A stretch of DNA of 64,000 bases from Bacilli bacterium (GTDB taxonomy: Bacteria; Bacillota_I; Bacilli_A; RF39; UBA660). The notes below the pieces were generated by a model, which was given only the letters and a program-made list of their open reading frames with translations, ran no database searches and was not told the DNA's origin. The stretch is taken from NCBI GenBank assembly GCA_017542065.1, contig JAFXXX010000007.1, positions 2,182 to 66,181 on the forward strand, given 5' to 3'. The position numbers and the translations under genes were made by a program. Of the stretch, positions 8,956 to 17,479 are shown one piece after another (the stretch's first letter is position 1; each line of letters starts with the position of its first letter).

Positions 8956-9929
8956 AATACATATTAAATGAGACTCCTATTAGGACTACTAATAGTTTTA
9001 GAATGAATAATATTACATTAGATTTAGAATTACCAACTTCCACTTCGTTTAAATCATTTAATGGTTATGAAGGTATTAGATATGAATATGATAAAGAAAT
9101 AAAAAGTCCTCTAGGATTTACTACTAAAGGGACTTATGCTTACATAGATATAAATAAGAGTAAAGATATTACTCTTGAATGTAATTCAGGTATTATCTGT
9201 AATACTATTATTAATGTAGATAAGAATATAGATACTACTATTACAATTAAATATACTGGGGATAACTATAATATTCAAAATATAATAGTTAATGCTTCAG
9301 AGAATAGTAACATAACAATGAATTATATTAATATGTCTAATGCTATTTCCTTAATCAGTTTTGAAAACAAAGTAGAGGCAAATAGTACGGTAACACATAA
9401 TCTATATGACTTAAGTGGAAACATAAGAGTATATAAATATAATAGTGATAATGCTGGTGACAATTCATCTAGTTATTTAAATAATATTTATTTAGCTGAT
9501 AATCAAGAGATGCTTGATATGAACTATTATATTAGTCATAGAGGTAAATCATCTAATAGTAATATAAATGTAGTTGGTTTACTTGATGGAGAAGCTAAGA
9601 AGTCATTTAAAGGAACAATAGACTTTATTGAAGGATGCTCTAAATCAGTGGGAAAAGAAAAAGAAGAATCTATATGCTTATCTGATAAAGCAGTATCATC
9701 TTCTATGCCAGTTTTATTATGTCATGAAGAAGACGTTGAAGGTGCTCATGGAGTAGCTAACGGAAAAATAGATGAAGATACTTTATTCTATATTGAGAGT
9801 AGAGGTCTAAATAAAGAAGAATCTATAAACTTGATACTTCAATCTAAATTTAATAAATATATTGAATTAATTAAAGATGAAAGTATTAAAGAAGAAATTT
9901 GGAATTATATAAATAAAAGAGGTCAATAA
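8952..9929 (+). CDS. sufD: SufD-like Fe-S assembly protein (SufB/SufD family)
   Basis: The C-terminal beta-helix region is similar to SufB/D (FKGTIDFIEGCSKS...HGVANGKIDEDTLFYIESRG). The start overlaps the sufB stop. Confidence 0.75.
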   Translation: MKYILNETPIRTTNSFRMNNITLDLELPTSTSFKSFNGYEGIRYEYDKEIKSPLGFTTKGTYAYIDINKSKDITLECNSGIICNTIINVDKNIDTTITIKYTGDNYNIQNIIVNASENSNITMNYINMSNAISLISFENKVEANSTVTHNLYDLSGNIRVYKYNSDNAGDNSSSYLNNIYLADNQEMLDMNYYISHRGKSSNSNINVVGLLDGEAKKSFKGTIDFIEGCSKSVGKEKEESICLSDKAVSSSMPVLLCHEEDVEGAHGVANGKIDEDTLFYIESRGLNKEESINLILQSKFNKYIELIKDESIKEEIWNYINKRGQ

Positions 9930-9939
9930 TGACCTCTTT

Positions 9940-10578
9940 TTAAAACGTTAATTTAATTCTTTTACCTTTAATTTCGATAAAACCTTCTTCTTTTAAATAA
10001 CTTAGTTCTCTACTCATAGCAGATCTATCAACTCCAAGATAATCTGCTAGAGCCATGAAACTAAATGGTAAATAAATGTTATTTGAACCGCTTTTAGTTT
10101 TAGCAATAGAGAAGTATTCTAGTAATCTATTTCTAATAGTCTTCTTTGTTAGTATTTGTATTCTTTCATTCTTTTCGTTTAATTTATCGTTAATAATTAA
10201 GAATAAATTTTTAATGAATTGGTTGTAATAACCTTTTTCATTTTCACCAAATTCTTGTATTTGTTCTAAATCAAAGAATACTATTTTAGTTTCTTCTTTA
10301 ACTAATACTTCATATTCAGAATCTTGTACGTAAATAGTTTTAATACTTAAAATATCATCTTCATATAACTCATCTATTATTAAACTAGTTCCATTAAGAT
10401 TCTTTTTTATGATTTGTACATATCCACTAATAATAATACCAAGAGAGTTTCTATCCATTAACATCTTAGATAAATCTTCCCCCTTATTATAAGACATAAT
10501 ATGAGTATGGAATGCTTGAAATAACTTATATTTATTCTTTTCAGAAATTTTATCAAAAGGTTTTACCATGTTCGTCAA
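9940..10578 (-). CDS. Crp/Fnr-family transcriptional regulator
   Basis: N-terminal cNMP-binding-like beta-barrel and C-terminal HTH (LADYLGVDRSAMSRELSYLKEEG). Divergent from nrdD. Confidence 0.75.
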   Translation of the reverse strand: MTNMVKPFDKISEKNKYKLFQAFHTHIMSYNKGEDLSKMLMDRNSLGIIISGYVQIIKKNLNGTSLIIDELYEDDILSIKTIYVQDSEYEVLVKEETKIVFFDLEQIQEFGENEKGYYNQFIKNLFLIINDKLNEKNERIQILTKKTIRNRLLEYFSIAKTKSGSNNIYLPFSFMALADYLGVDRSAMSRELSYLKEEGFIEIKGKRIKLTF

Positions 10579-10680
10579 CTCCTATGTAAAATTTTATCAT
10601 ATTTTGCATTTTGTTGCAACTGCAACATATCTACTAAATATGAAATATGGTAAAATAATTATAATGTGGGGAGGATAACT

Positions 10681-12870
10681 ATGAAGATTATTAAAAGAGA
10701 TGGACATATTGTTGATTATTGCCCAGAAAAAATTGAAATAGCTATTAGTAAAGCTAATGCTGATGTTCCTGAAGAAGATAGAGTTTCAGAAGCACAAATT
10801 AAGAATATTATTAAATATATTGAAGGTCTTAAAAAGAAAAGAATGTTAGTTGAAGACATTCAAGATATTATAGAAATGAGATTAATGGCTTTAGGTAAGT
10901 ATTCTTTAGCTAAAGCATATATTACATATAGATATACAAGAGAGTTAGTTAGAAGAAGTAATACAACAGATAAATCTATTAAAGAATTAATTAATGGTGA
11001 GAATGAGTATTGGAATACTGAAAACTCACATAAGAATGCTATGGTAGTTACTACTCAAAGAGATTACTTAGCAGGTGTTACATCTACAGATATTACAAGA
11101 AGATTCCTTTTAACTGAAGATATAGTTAAAGCTCATGATGAAGGTATTATTCATTTCCATGATGCTGATTACTTTGCACAAAATGCTCTTCACAACTGTG
11201 ATTTAATTAACTTAGATGATATGCTTCAAAATGGAACAGTATTAAATGGAATAATGATTGAAAAACCACATAAGTTTTTAACTGCTATGACTATAGCTAC
11301 TCAAATAATTTTAGTAGTTACAGGTAGTCAATATGGTGGTTGTACTATTTCACTTACTCACTTAGCTCCATTTGTTAGATTAAGTTATAAAAAATATTTA
11401 AAGAAATATAAAGATAGAGGACTTTCTAAAGAAGACTGTGAAAAGTTTGCTAAAGAAGATACTAAAAAAGAAATATCTGATGGTGTACAAACATTCCAAT
11501 ATCAAGTTAACTCTATGGATAATATAAATGGTCAAATACCATTCCTAAGTGTAAATATGTATTTAGGTGAAACTGATGAATATAAAGAAGAACTTGCTAT
11601 GATAATAGAAGAATTCTTAAATCAAAGATTACTTGGAATGAAAAATGAACAAGGTGTTTATATTACTCCTGCATTCCCTAAATTATTATATGTTTTAGAA
11701 GAAGATAATATTCATCCAAAGAGTAAATATTATTATTTAACTAAATTAGCAGCTAAATGTACTGCTAAAAGAATGGTTCCAGATTATATATCTGAAAAAG
11801 TAATGAAAGAACTTAAGAAAAATGAACTTGGAGATGGTGAATGCTATCCATGTATGGGATGTAGATCATTCTTAACTCCTGATAGATCTATTAGTTTAGG
11901 TAATATAGCTAATGCTAAAAACTATGTTGAAGGTAAAGGTAAATATTATGGTAGATTTAACCAAGGTGTTGTTACTCTTAATTTACCAGATGTTGCTTTA
12001 TCCTCAGGAAAAGATATGGATCTTTTCTGGAAAATATTTGATGAGAGATTAGAGTTATGTCATAGAGCTCTTCAAATAAGACATAAAAGATTATCTAGAG
12101 CTACTTCTGATGTTGCACCAATTCTATGGCAACATGGAGCATTAGCAAGACTTGAAAAAGGTGAAAGTATTCATGAACTATTACATCATGGATATTCAAC
12201 TATTTCTCTTGGTTATGCTGGATTATATGAATGTGTAAAATATATGACTGGTCATTCTCATACTGATAATGGTGAAGGTAAAGAATTTGGTTTACAAGTT
12301 ATGAGACATATGAATGATATGTGTAAAAAATGGAGAGAAGAAGAGGATATAGATTATTCTGTTTATGGAACTCCTATTGAATCTACTACTTATAAGTTTG
12401 CTAAATGCTTAAGAGAAAGATTTGGTAAGATTAAAGGTATTACTGATAGAGATTATATTACTAATTCATATCATGTACCTGTATTTGAAGAAATAGATGC
12501 ATTTACTAAATTAAAACTAGAAAGCGAATTCCAACAATTATCTCCAGGAGGAGCTATTTCATATGTTGAAACTCCAAATCTTGAAAATAACTTAGATGTA
12601 GTAATGAATTTAATTGAGTTTATTTATGATAATATTATGTATGCTGAATTAAATACTAAGTCTGATTATTGTGGAGCATGTGGATATACTGGTGAAATCT
12701 TAATTGATGATAATCTAGAATGGTATTGTCCTCAATGTGGTAATAGAGACCATAATACACTTAATGTTGCTAGAAGAACTTGTGGTTATATAGGTAATAA
12801 TTTCTGGAATAAAGGAAGAACCCAAGAAATAAAAGAAAGAGTAATGCACGTAGATAATAAGGAAGCATAA
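10681..12870 (+). CDS. nrdD: Anaerobic ribonucleoside-triphosphate reductase NrdD. The ORF track starts at an upstream GTG at 10666; ATG at 10681 is preferred.
   Basis: ATG follows GGGGAGG. N-terminal ATP-cone. C-terminal Zn ribbon CGACGY...CPQCG and glycine-radical motif RTCGYIG. Confidence 0.9.
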   Translation: MKIIKRDGHIVDYCPEKIEIAISKANADVPEEDRVSEAQIKNIIKYIEGLKKKRMLVEDIQDIIEMRLMALGKYSLAKAYITYRYTRELVRRSNTTDKSIKELINGENEYWNTENSHKNAMVVTTQRDYLAGVTSTDITRRFLLTEDIVKAHDEGIIHFHDADYFAQNALHNCDLINLDDMLQNGTVLNGIMIEKPHKFLTAMTIATQIILVVTGSQYGGCTISLTHLAPFVRLSYKKYLKKYKDRGLSKEDCEKFAKEDTKKEISDGVQTFQYQVNSMDNINGQIPFLSVNMYLGETDEYKEELAMIIEEFLNQRLLGMKNEQGVYITPAFPKLLYVLEEDNIHPKSKYYYLTKLAAKCTAKRMVPDYISEKVMKELKKNELGDGECYPCMGCRSFLTPDRSISLGNIANAKNYVEGKGKYYGRFNQGVVTLNLPDVALSSGKDMDLFWKIFDERLELCHRALQIRHKRLSRATSDVAPILWQHGALARLEKGESIHELLHHGYSTISLGYAGLYECVKYMTGHSHTDNGEGKEFGLQVMRHMNDMCKKWREEEDIDYSVYGTPIESTTYKFAKCLRERFGKIKGITDRDYITNSYHVPVFEEIDAFTKLKLESEFQQLSPGGAISYVETPNLENNLDVVMNLIEFIYDNIMYAELNTKSDYCGACGYTGEILIDDNLEWYCPQCGNRDHNTLNVARRTCGYIGNNFWNKGRTQEIKERVMHVDNKEA

Positions 12871-13370
12871 TGAGATACAATAGAATAAGAAAAATGGATA
12901 TTTCAAATGGTCCTGGTATTAGGGTATCCATTTTTATGCAAGGTTGTGAGTTTCATTGTAAAGATTGTTTTAATCCTGAAACATGGGATTTTAAATGTGG
13001 AGAAGAATTTACTGATGAAACTATAGAAAAAGTATTAGATTTATGTAACCAAGATCATATAGTAGGTCTAACAATACTAGGAGGAGAACCAATGCATCCA
13101 GTTAATATTGAAGGAACTACTAAGCTTGCTAAAGAATTTAAAAAAAGATTTCCTAGGAAATCTTTGTGGGTTTGGACAGGATTCCTATATGAAGGAATAA
13201 AAGATAAAGAAGTTTTTAATTATATAGATGTCCTAGTAGATGGACAATTTAAAACTGAGTTATTTTCACCAAAACTTAGATGGAAAGGTTCATCTAATCA
13301 AAGAGTAATAGATATTAAAGAAACTATTAAAAACGGTAAAATAATAGAGTATAAAGATGAGGAATACTAA
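12870..13370 (+). CDS. nrdG: Anaerobic ribonucleotide reductase activating protein NrdG (radical SAM)
   Basis: CEFHCKDCFNP radical-SAM cluster motif. The start overlaps the nrdD stop. Confidence 0.9.
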   Translation: MRYNRIRKMDISNGPGIRVSIFMQGCEFHCKDCFNPETWDFKCGEEFTDETIEKVLDLCNQDHIVGLTILGGEPMHPVNIEGTTKLAKEFKKRFPRKSLWVWTGFLYEGIKDKEVFNYIDVLVDGQFKTELFSPKLRWKGSSNQRVIDIKETIKNGKIIEYKDEEY

Positions 13371-13386
13371 TAGTATTCCTTTTTTG
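13360..13386 (+). terminator. Terminator after nrdG
   Basis: ggaatacta/tagtattcc hairpin followed by TTTTT. Confidence 0.6.
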
Positions 13387-13456
13387 TATACATAGTGTAT
13401 TTAAAATTGTATTTGAATAAATACTTTGATAAAATATAAGAAAGGAGATATAAAAT

Positions 13457-13726
13457 ATGGAACAAGATATTTATACAAATCAAGATCCTCTAGAAATAGA
13501 GATGGAAGCTGAAGACGGAGAAAAAGTTAGAGTTAAAATAGTTAGAATGTTTGAAGATAGTGGTAAAACATATGTAGTAGCAGACAACATGGATAATGAA
13601 GAAGAAGCATATATTTTACAAATTATTCCTCATGATGATGGTGATGAATTAGTTAGTATTGAATCTGAAGAAGAATTTAATAGATTAGCTAAGGTAGTAG
13701 AAAGCTTAGAGGACGAAGAAGAATAA
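13457..13726 (+). CDS. DUF1292 (YrzB/UPF0473) family acidic protein
   Basis: 89 aa, Glu/Asp-rich, EDGE...YVVAD...YILQIIP..DGDEL pattern. Confidence 0.6.
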   Translation: MEQDIYTNQDPLEIEMEAEDGEKVRVKIVRMFEDSGKTYVVADNMDNEEEAYILQIIPHDDGDELVSIESEEEFNRLAKVVESLEDEEE

Positions 13727-13750
13727 AGACTCAGGTCTTTATTTTTTTTA
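13725..13750 (+). terminator. Rho-independent terminator
   Basis: aagac-tcag-gtctt hairpin followed by tattttttt. Confidence 0.55.
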
Positions 13751-13758
13751 GAAATATG

Positions 13759-13788
13759 TTGACATATAAAAAAATCTTATGTTATAAT
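13759..13788 (+). promoter_or_regulatory. Near-consensus sigma-A promoter for tRNA-Ala
   Basis: TTGACA (13759-64), 18-nt spacer, TATAAT (13783-88). Confidence 0.55.
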
Positions 13789-13807
13789 TTACTTGCTTGT
13801 TTGAAAT

Positions 13808-13883
13808 GGGCCCTTAGCTCAGCTGGTAGAGCATCTCGCTTGCACCGAGAAGGTCAGGAGTTCGAACCCCCTAGGGTCCACCA
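13808..13883 (+). tRNA. tRNA-Ala(TGC)
   Basis: The acceptor gggccct/agggtcc carries the G3:U70 Ala identity pair. Anticodon loop is cuUGCac. CCA is encoded. Confidence 0.85.
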
Positions 13884-13894
13884 TTTGAAATGTA

Positions 13895-13917
13895 AAGAAC
13901 CGTATGGTTCTTTTTTT
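13895..13917 (+). terminator. Terminator after tRNA-Ala
   Basis: aagaacc-gtat-ggttctt hairpin followed by TTTTT. Confidence 0.7.
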
Positions 13918-13957
13918 ATTTTCTATATACATGTTATAATTATATTAGGTGATAGTA

Positions 13958-14434
13958 ATGAACGAATTTATGGATGTTGCAATTGATTTATCAGATGATA
14001 ATTTTGATAAGAACTATGGAGGCCCTTTTGGATCTTGTGTAGTTAAAGATGGAAAGATAATTGGGAAGGGTATTAATAGAGTTATTAAAGATAATGATCC
14101 GACTGCTCATGCAGAAGTAATAGCTATTAGGAATGCATGTAAAACTCTTGGAACACATGATTTAACTGGATGTGAAATATATACATCATGTTATCCTTGT
14201 CCTATGTGTTTATCTGCCATAATATGGGCTAATATTAAAAAAGTATATTATGCTAATACTAAAGAAGATGCAGCTGATATAGGTTTTAGAGATGACTTTA
14301 TATATGATTATTTAGAAAAGTTAACTAATAATATTCAAGATAAATCTGTTTTAAATTTAAAATCTATGAATAGAGAAGATGCTTTAGAAGTCTTTAAAAG
14401 ATATGAAGAAGATAAAGATAAAATAGTTTACTAA
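13958..14434 (+). CDS. CMP/dCMP-type zinc deaminase, guanine deaminase (GuaD)-like. The ORF track has a GTG at 13949.
   Basis: HAE...PCxxC zinc-binding motifs (HAEVIAIRNAC, CYPCPMC). ATG at 13958 follows AGGTGA. Confidence 0.75.
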   Translation: MNEFMDVAIDLSDDNFDKNYGGPFGSCVVKDGKIIGKGINRVIKDNDPTAHAEVIAIRNACKTLGTHDLTGCEIYTSCYPCPMCLSAIIWANIKKVYYANTKEDAADIGFRDDFIYDYLEKLTNNIQDKSVLNLKSMNREDALEVFKRYEEDKDKIVY

Positions 14435-14473
14435 AACTATTCTATAGTGTATAATTTAGTTAGGTGATAGTAT

Positions 14474-14794
14474 ATGCAATATTGGATGCAATATTTAGTT
14501 ATAGGTTTTATACTTATATTTATATTATTAATAGTTTTAAAAGCTACTAAAAAAGATTTCCATGTAGAAGCTAATAAATTAGTAGATTATCTAGGTGGTA
14601 AAGATAATATTATTAGTATGGAAGTTAATATGTCTAGATTTAAAGTAACACTTAGAGATGTTTCTATAGTAAATAAAGAAGGCATACAAAAGATGGGTGC
14701 TAAAGGAATAGTAGAAATTGATAATCAATTAAAAATAATTCTTGGACCTAATGCTAAACAACTAGAAAAATATATAGATGATTTAAAAAAATAA
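14474..14794 (+). CDS. Membrane-anchored PTS EIIB(Glc)-like domain protein. The catalytic Cys is replaced by Asn.
   Basis: One N-terminal TM helix. The following domain aligns with EIIB-Glc (LVxxLGGKDNI....C-I-T-R-L-R-V..DVS), but the corresponding position here reads N-M-S-R-F-K-V. Confidence 0.55.
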   Translation: MQYWMQYLVIGFILIFILLIVLKATKKDFHVEANKLVDYLGGKDNIISMEVNMSRFKVTLRDVSIVNKEGIQKMGAKGIVEIDNQLKIILGPNAKQLEKYIDDLKK

Positions 14795-14822
14795 AAATAC
14801 ATCAAATGATGTATTTTTTATT
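14795..14822. terminator. Bidirectional terminator
   Basis: atacatc-aaat-gatgtat hairpin flanked by A-runs and T-runs. It lies between convergent genes. Confidence 0.6.
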
Positions 14823-15168
14823 TTATTATTTTTTCTAGTATTACATATACTAAACTAAAACTATATGAGAATCCATTTAATAATAATGATAACTTATATG
14901 GACCTATAATACTTTTATTTAGTTTCTTAAAGTATGTTCCTTCGATTAATACTATAAATACTTCTAGAATAGGTACTATTCCGTAAAATACAATAGTATT
15001 ATTCATATAATTATATAATATACTAACAATTATATTTAGAGGAACATTAGTTAATATATTTATTAAAGTAATCTTTAATAAATCTTTACCTCTAATACCT
15101 AATACTAAAGAAATAATTAATTCAATTAATAAAGTTAATAATAAACTTTCTAATATACTATTTAGCAT
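14818..15168 (-). CDS. Hypothetical polytopic membrane protein, 116 aa
   Basis: Three or four hydrophobic helices. Its ATG overlaps the end of small peptide P1 and it has no Shine-Dalgarno site of its own, which suggests translational coupling. Confidence 0.55.
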   Translation of the reverse strand: MLNSILESLLLTLLIELIISLVLGIRGKDLLKITLINILTNVPLNIIVSILYNYMNNTIVFYGIVPILEVFIVLIEGTYFKKLNKSIIGPYKLSLLLNGFSYSFSLVYVILEKIIK

Positions 15169-15283
15169 GTTTCATTTTTATAATTAGAGTTACTAATACT
15201 CCTACAACTAATACTATAGCAACAGATATAATTATTGCTGGTACTACTGGAGTAGTAGATGGTCTTGCGATATCTAAAAACAT
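15158..15283 (-). CDS. Small hydrophobic peptide P1, 41 aa: MFLDIARPSTTPVVPAIIISVAIVLVVGVLVTLIIKMKHAK. Not in the ORF track.
   Basis: A minus-strand ATG is preceded by AGGAGGATAAAT. It has a single predicted TM helix and a basic C-terminus. It is paralogous to P3. Confidence 0.5.
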   Translation of the reverse strand: MFLDIARPSTTPVVPAIIISVAIVLVVGVLVTLIIKMKHAK

Positions 15284-15285
15284 AT

Positions 15286-15381
15286 TTATCCTCCTATTTC
15301 TATTAATAATAATAATAATGTAATTAAAACTGGAATTACTATAACTATTACTACAGCTGTAATTACAATAACTAAAATCAT
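15286..15381 (-). CDS. Small hydrophobic peptide P2, 31 aa: MILVIVITAVVIVIVIPVLITLLLLLIEIGG. Not in the ORF track.
   Basis: A minus-strand ATG is preceded by AGGAGAATAAAT. Its TAA stop lies within the Shine-Dalgarno and start region of P1. Confidence 0.45.
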   Translation of the reverse strand: MILVIVITAVVIVIVIPVLITLLLLLIEIGG

Positions 15382-15391
15382 ATTTATTCTC

Positions 15392-15556
15392 CTATTTTTT
15401 CATATTTTTTCTTATTAATAATGTAACTAAAACTGCAATTACTAAAACTAATACTACAGATGTAATTATAATAATTAAAGTTTTAGGATCCCCGTCATTA
15501 ACAGTAGGTGTAGTTCTTGGAAAATCTGGATCTACAACGTCTAAAAATCTAAACAT
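15392..15556 (-). CDS. Small hydrophobic peptide P3, 54 aa: MFRFLDVVDPDFPRTTPTVNDGDPKTLIIIITSVVLVLVIAVLVTLLIRKNMKK. Not in the ORF track.
   Basis: A minus-strand ATG is preceded by AAGGAGG with a 5-nt spacer. That Shine-Dalgarno site overlaps the TAA stop of the upstream MFS gene. The P3 stop TAG overlaps the Shine-Dalgarno site of P2. Confidence 0.5.
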   Translation of the reverse strand: MFRFLDVVDPDFPRTTPTVNDGDPKTLIIIITSVVLVLVIAVLVTLLIRKNMKK

Positions 15557-15566
15557 AAATACCTCC

Positions 15567-16583
15567 TTATTTTTCTATCTTTACTAATATTATTGTACAA
15601 AGAATTGTTAAAATAGTAAATACTATACCATTTATGAGTAGTGAATCAATTGTAAATAAGAATGCTGGTAAGGCTCCTACAAATAAACCTATAGTAGTTA
15701 ATCCGAATGCTATACCAGGACTCTTTTTAAGTCTTGATACTAATAATGCTAAAGTAACAGGCATAGTCATACTAAATAACATTATTCCAATTAATGATAG
15801 GTACATATTATGGTTACCAAATAGTAGAAAAGGTAATGCCAATACAGTACTAACTATTGATGCAATCTTTATATTTGTTTTATCTATTAAAAGACCTCCT
15901 AAAGCTTTACCAATACCCATAAAACAAAATAATAATATTGATTGTAATACGGTTTTATTCCATCCAGTAGGAATACCATAACTAGAATATGATCTAACTG
16001 CTACTACAAATACAGCTAATATAATTAATAGAGTAGTATTAACTTTAGTATTATCATATGAATATTCTTCAAGTTTATAGTCTTCATCTTTTCTAAATCT
16101 ATATGCTATTACTGTAATTAATAAAGCAATTACATTAACAAGCATTATTAGTAATACACTTACATTGTTTTGATATAGAAGTCTACCTGTTATTATTCCA
16201 AAGGCTCCTCCTGCAACAAATAAACTACTTGGAAACATTTTGCCTTTAGAAGTTCTAAGTGTACTTTCTGCTCCTTCTACATGCACTAATGCATTACCAA
16301 TAGTAAGTAAAGTAAATATAACATATACTGGTAAATTAAACTTTAAACTAATAAGAGCAAATAAAGTTAAAACAAGTCCAATAGCACCAATATTAACTTT
16401 TCTATACTTATCACTAAATGCTCCAATTAAACCTTGTGGAACAAATGCAAATAAATCATACATTAATGCAATTACAGGAAACATATTACTACTTGTATAA
16501 GCTGCTAATGTATAAAAGCATGTTACTTCTAATATAAAGTGAACTAAACAAAATAATATTCCTATTAAATATCCTTTTTTCAT
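15567..16583 (-). CDS. MFS transporter, 12 TM. The start is taken at MKKGYLIG, with AGAGG 7 nt upstream.
   Basis: Hydrophobicity pattern of a 12-helix MFS. GxLaDrxGrkxxl-like motif FSDKYRKV between TM2 and TM3. Confidence 0.75.
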   Translation of the reverse strand: MKKGYLIGILFCLVHFILEVTCFYTLAAYTSSNMFPVIALMYDLFAFVPQGLIGAFSDKYRKVNIGAIGLVLTLFALISLKFNLPVYVIFTLLTIGNALVHVEGAESTLRTSKGKMFPSSLFVAGGAFGIITGRLLYQNNVSVLLIMLVNVIALLITVIAYRFRKDEDYKLEEYSYDNTKVNTTLLIILAVFVVAVRSYSSYGIPTGWNKTVLQSILLFCFMGIGKALGGLLIDKTNIKIASIVSTVLALPFLLFGNHNMYLSLIGIMLFSMTMPVTLALLVSRLKKSPGIAFGLTTIGLFVGALPAFLFTIDSLLINGIVFTILTILCTIILVKIEK

Positions 16584-16620
16584 ATTATTACCTCTAATAT
16601 AATTATAACAAAAAAATACA

Positions 16621-17478
16621 TCATTTAGATGTATTTTTAATTTTGTATACATTTATAGATGGAATACTATTTAATCTAAATTTAAAAGTATCAGAGCCAA
16701 ATCCATTACTTATATATAGATTAGTATCATTAGTCTTATAATGACCTTTATAATACATTTTAGAACCCTTTTTAAGTAGTAATCTATCTATTCCATGAAT
16801 ATTTATTTGATTATATAATGAATGACCTGCAAATACATAATTATAGTTTAAATGATCTATCTTATCCATAGTATCTGGAGTATGCATTATATTAATCTTA
16901 AATCCATCATAATGAATATCATCTAAGAAAGTTAATCTAGAATTATATTTAATACCACTAATTAATATAGAATCCGCATCTTCATTATATAGTATTTTAT
17001 AATCATCGTTTAATGATACAAATCCAGCATTAGCCATTAAAGTATCATAACTTTCAAACTTAGTATCATTATCACCACTAACATAGTATTTACCATACTT
17101 AGCTTTTATCTTAGATAATTCTTCTTCTAATTCATTAATAGCTTTCTCATCTAAAGAAGTTTCTTCATATACAAGGTCTCCTGTATATATAACTATATCT
17201 CCTTTTTTATCATTAATAGTATTAACAATCTTTTTTACAGATTCTATATCAGTAGTACTACCATATAGTATATCAGTAAAATGAACTATCTTTAATGTTC
17301 CAAAAGATTTATTAAGATTATTATCTTCAATATTTATTTCATTTACTAACATAAAACTAGGTTCTATAAATCTACCATAAACAATAATAAATGAAATAAT
17401 TACTATAAGTATGAATATAAATATTCTAAGCTTATGACTTTTTTTCTCTTCTAATTCTTCTTCTATTCTTTTTTTCAT
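16621..17478 (-). CDS. Membrane-anchored metallophosphoesterase (calcineurin-like, YkuE-type)
   Basis: N-terminal TM helix. Motifs FTDILYG...GDLV...GDND...GHSL/H. Confidence 0.75.
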   Translation of the reverse strand: MKKRIEEELEEKKSHKLRIFIFILIVIISFIIVYGRFIEPSFMLVNEINIEDNNLNKSFGTLKIVHFTDILYGSTTDIESVKKIVNTINDKKGDIVIYTGDLVYEETSLDEKAINELEEELSKIKAKYGKYYVSGDNDTKFESYDTLMANAGFVSLNDDYKILYNEDADSILISGIKYNSRLTFLDDIHYDGFKINIMHTPDTMDKIDHLNYNYVFAGHSLYNQINIHGIDRLLLKKGSKMYYKGHYKTNDTNLYISNGFGSDTFKFRLNSIPSINVYKIKNTSK

Positions 17479-17479
17479 A

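Noticed and set aside
13756-13986. Plus-strand ORF overlapping tRNA-Ala and its terminator
   Set aside because: It spans the promoter, tRNA and terminator. It is an artefact of ORF calling.
15170-15560. Reading the three small ORFs as a frameshifted fragment of one larger gene
   Set aside because: The three ORFs are in different frames. Each junction carries its own strong Shine-Dalgarno site plus ATG with the same spacing, which argues for separate, translationally coupled small genes rather than a degraded larger gene. It remains a formal alternative, recorded in the finding.
15634-16500. Plus-strand ORFs 15634-15981 and 16240-16500
   Set aside because: They are antisense to a well-supported MFS transporter gene. 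They have no Shine-Dalgarno site and their composition is driven by the opposite-strand codons.
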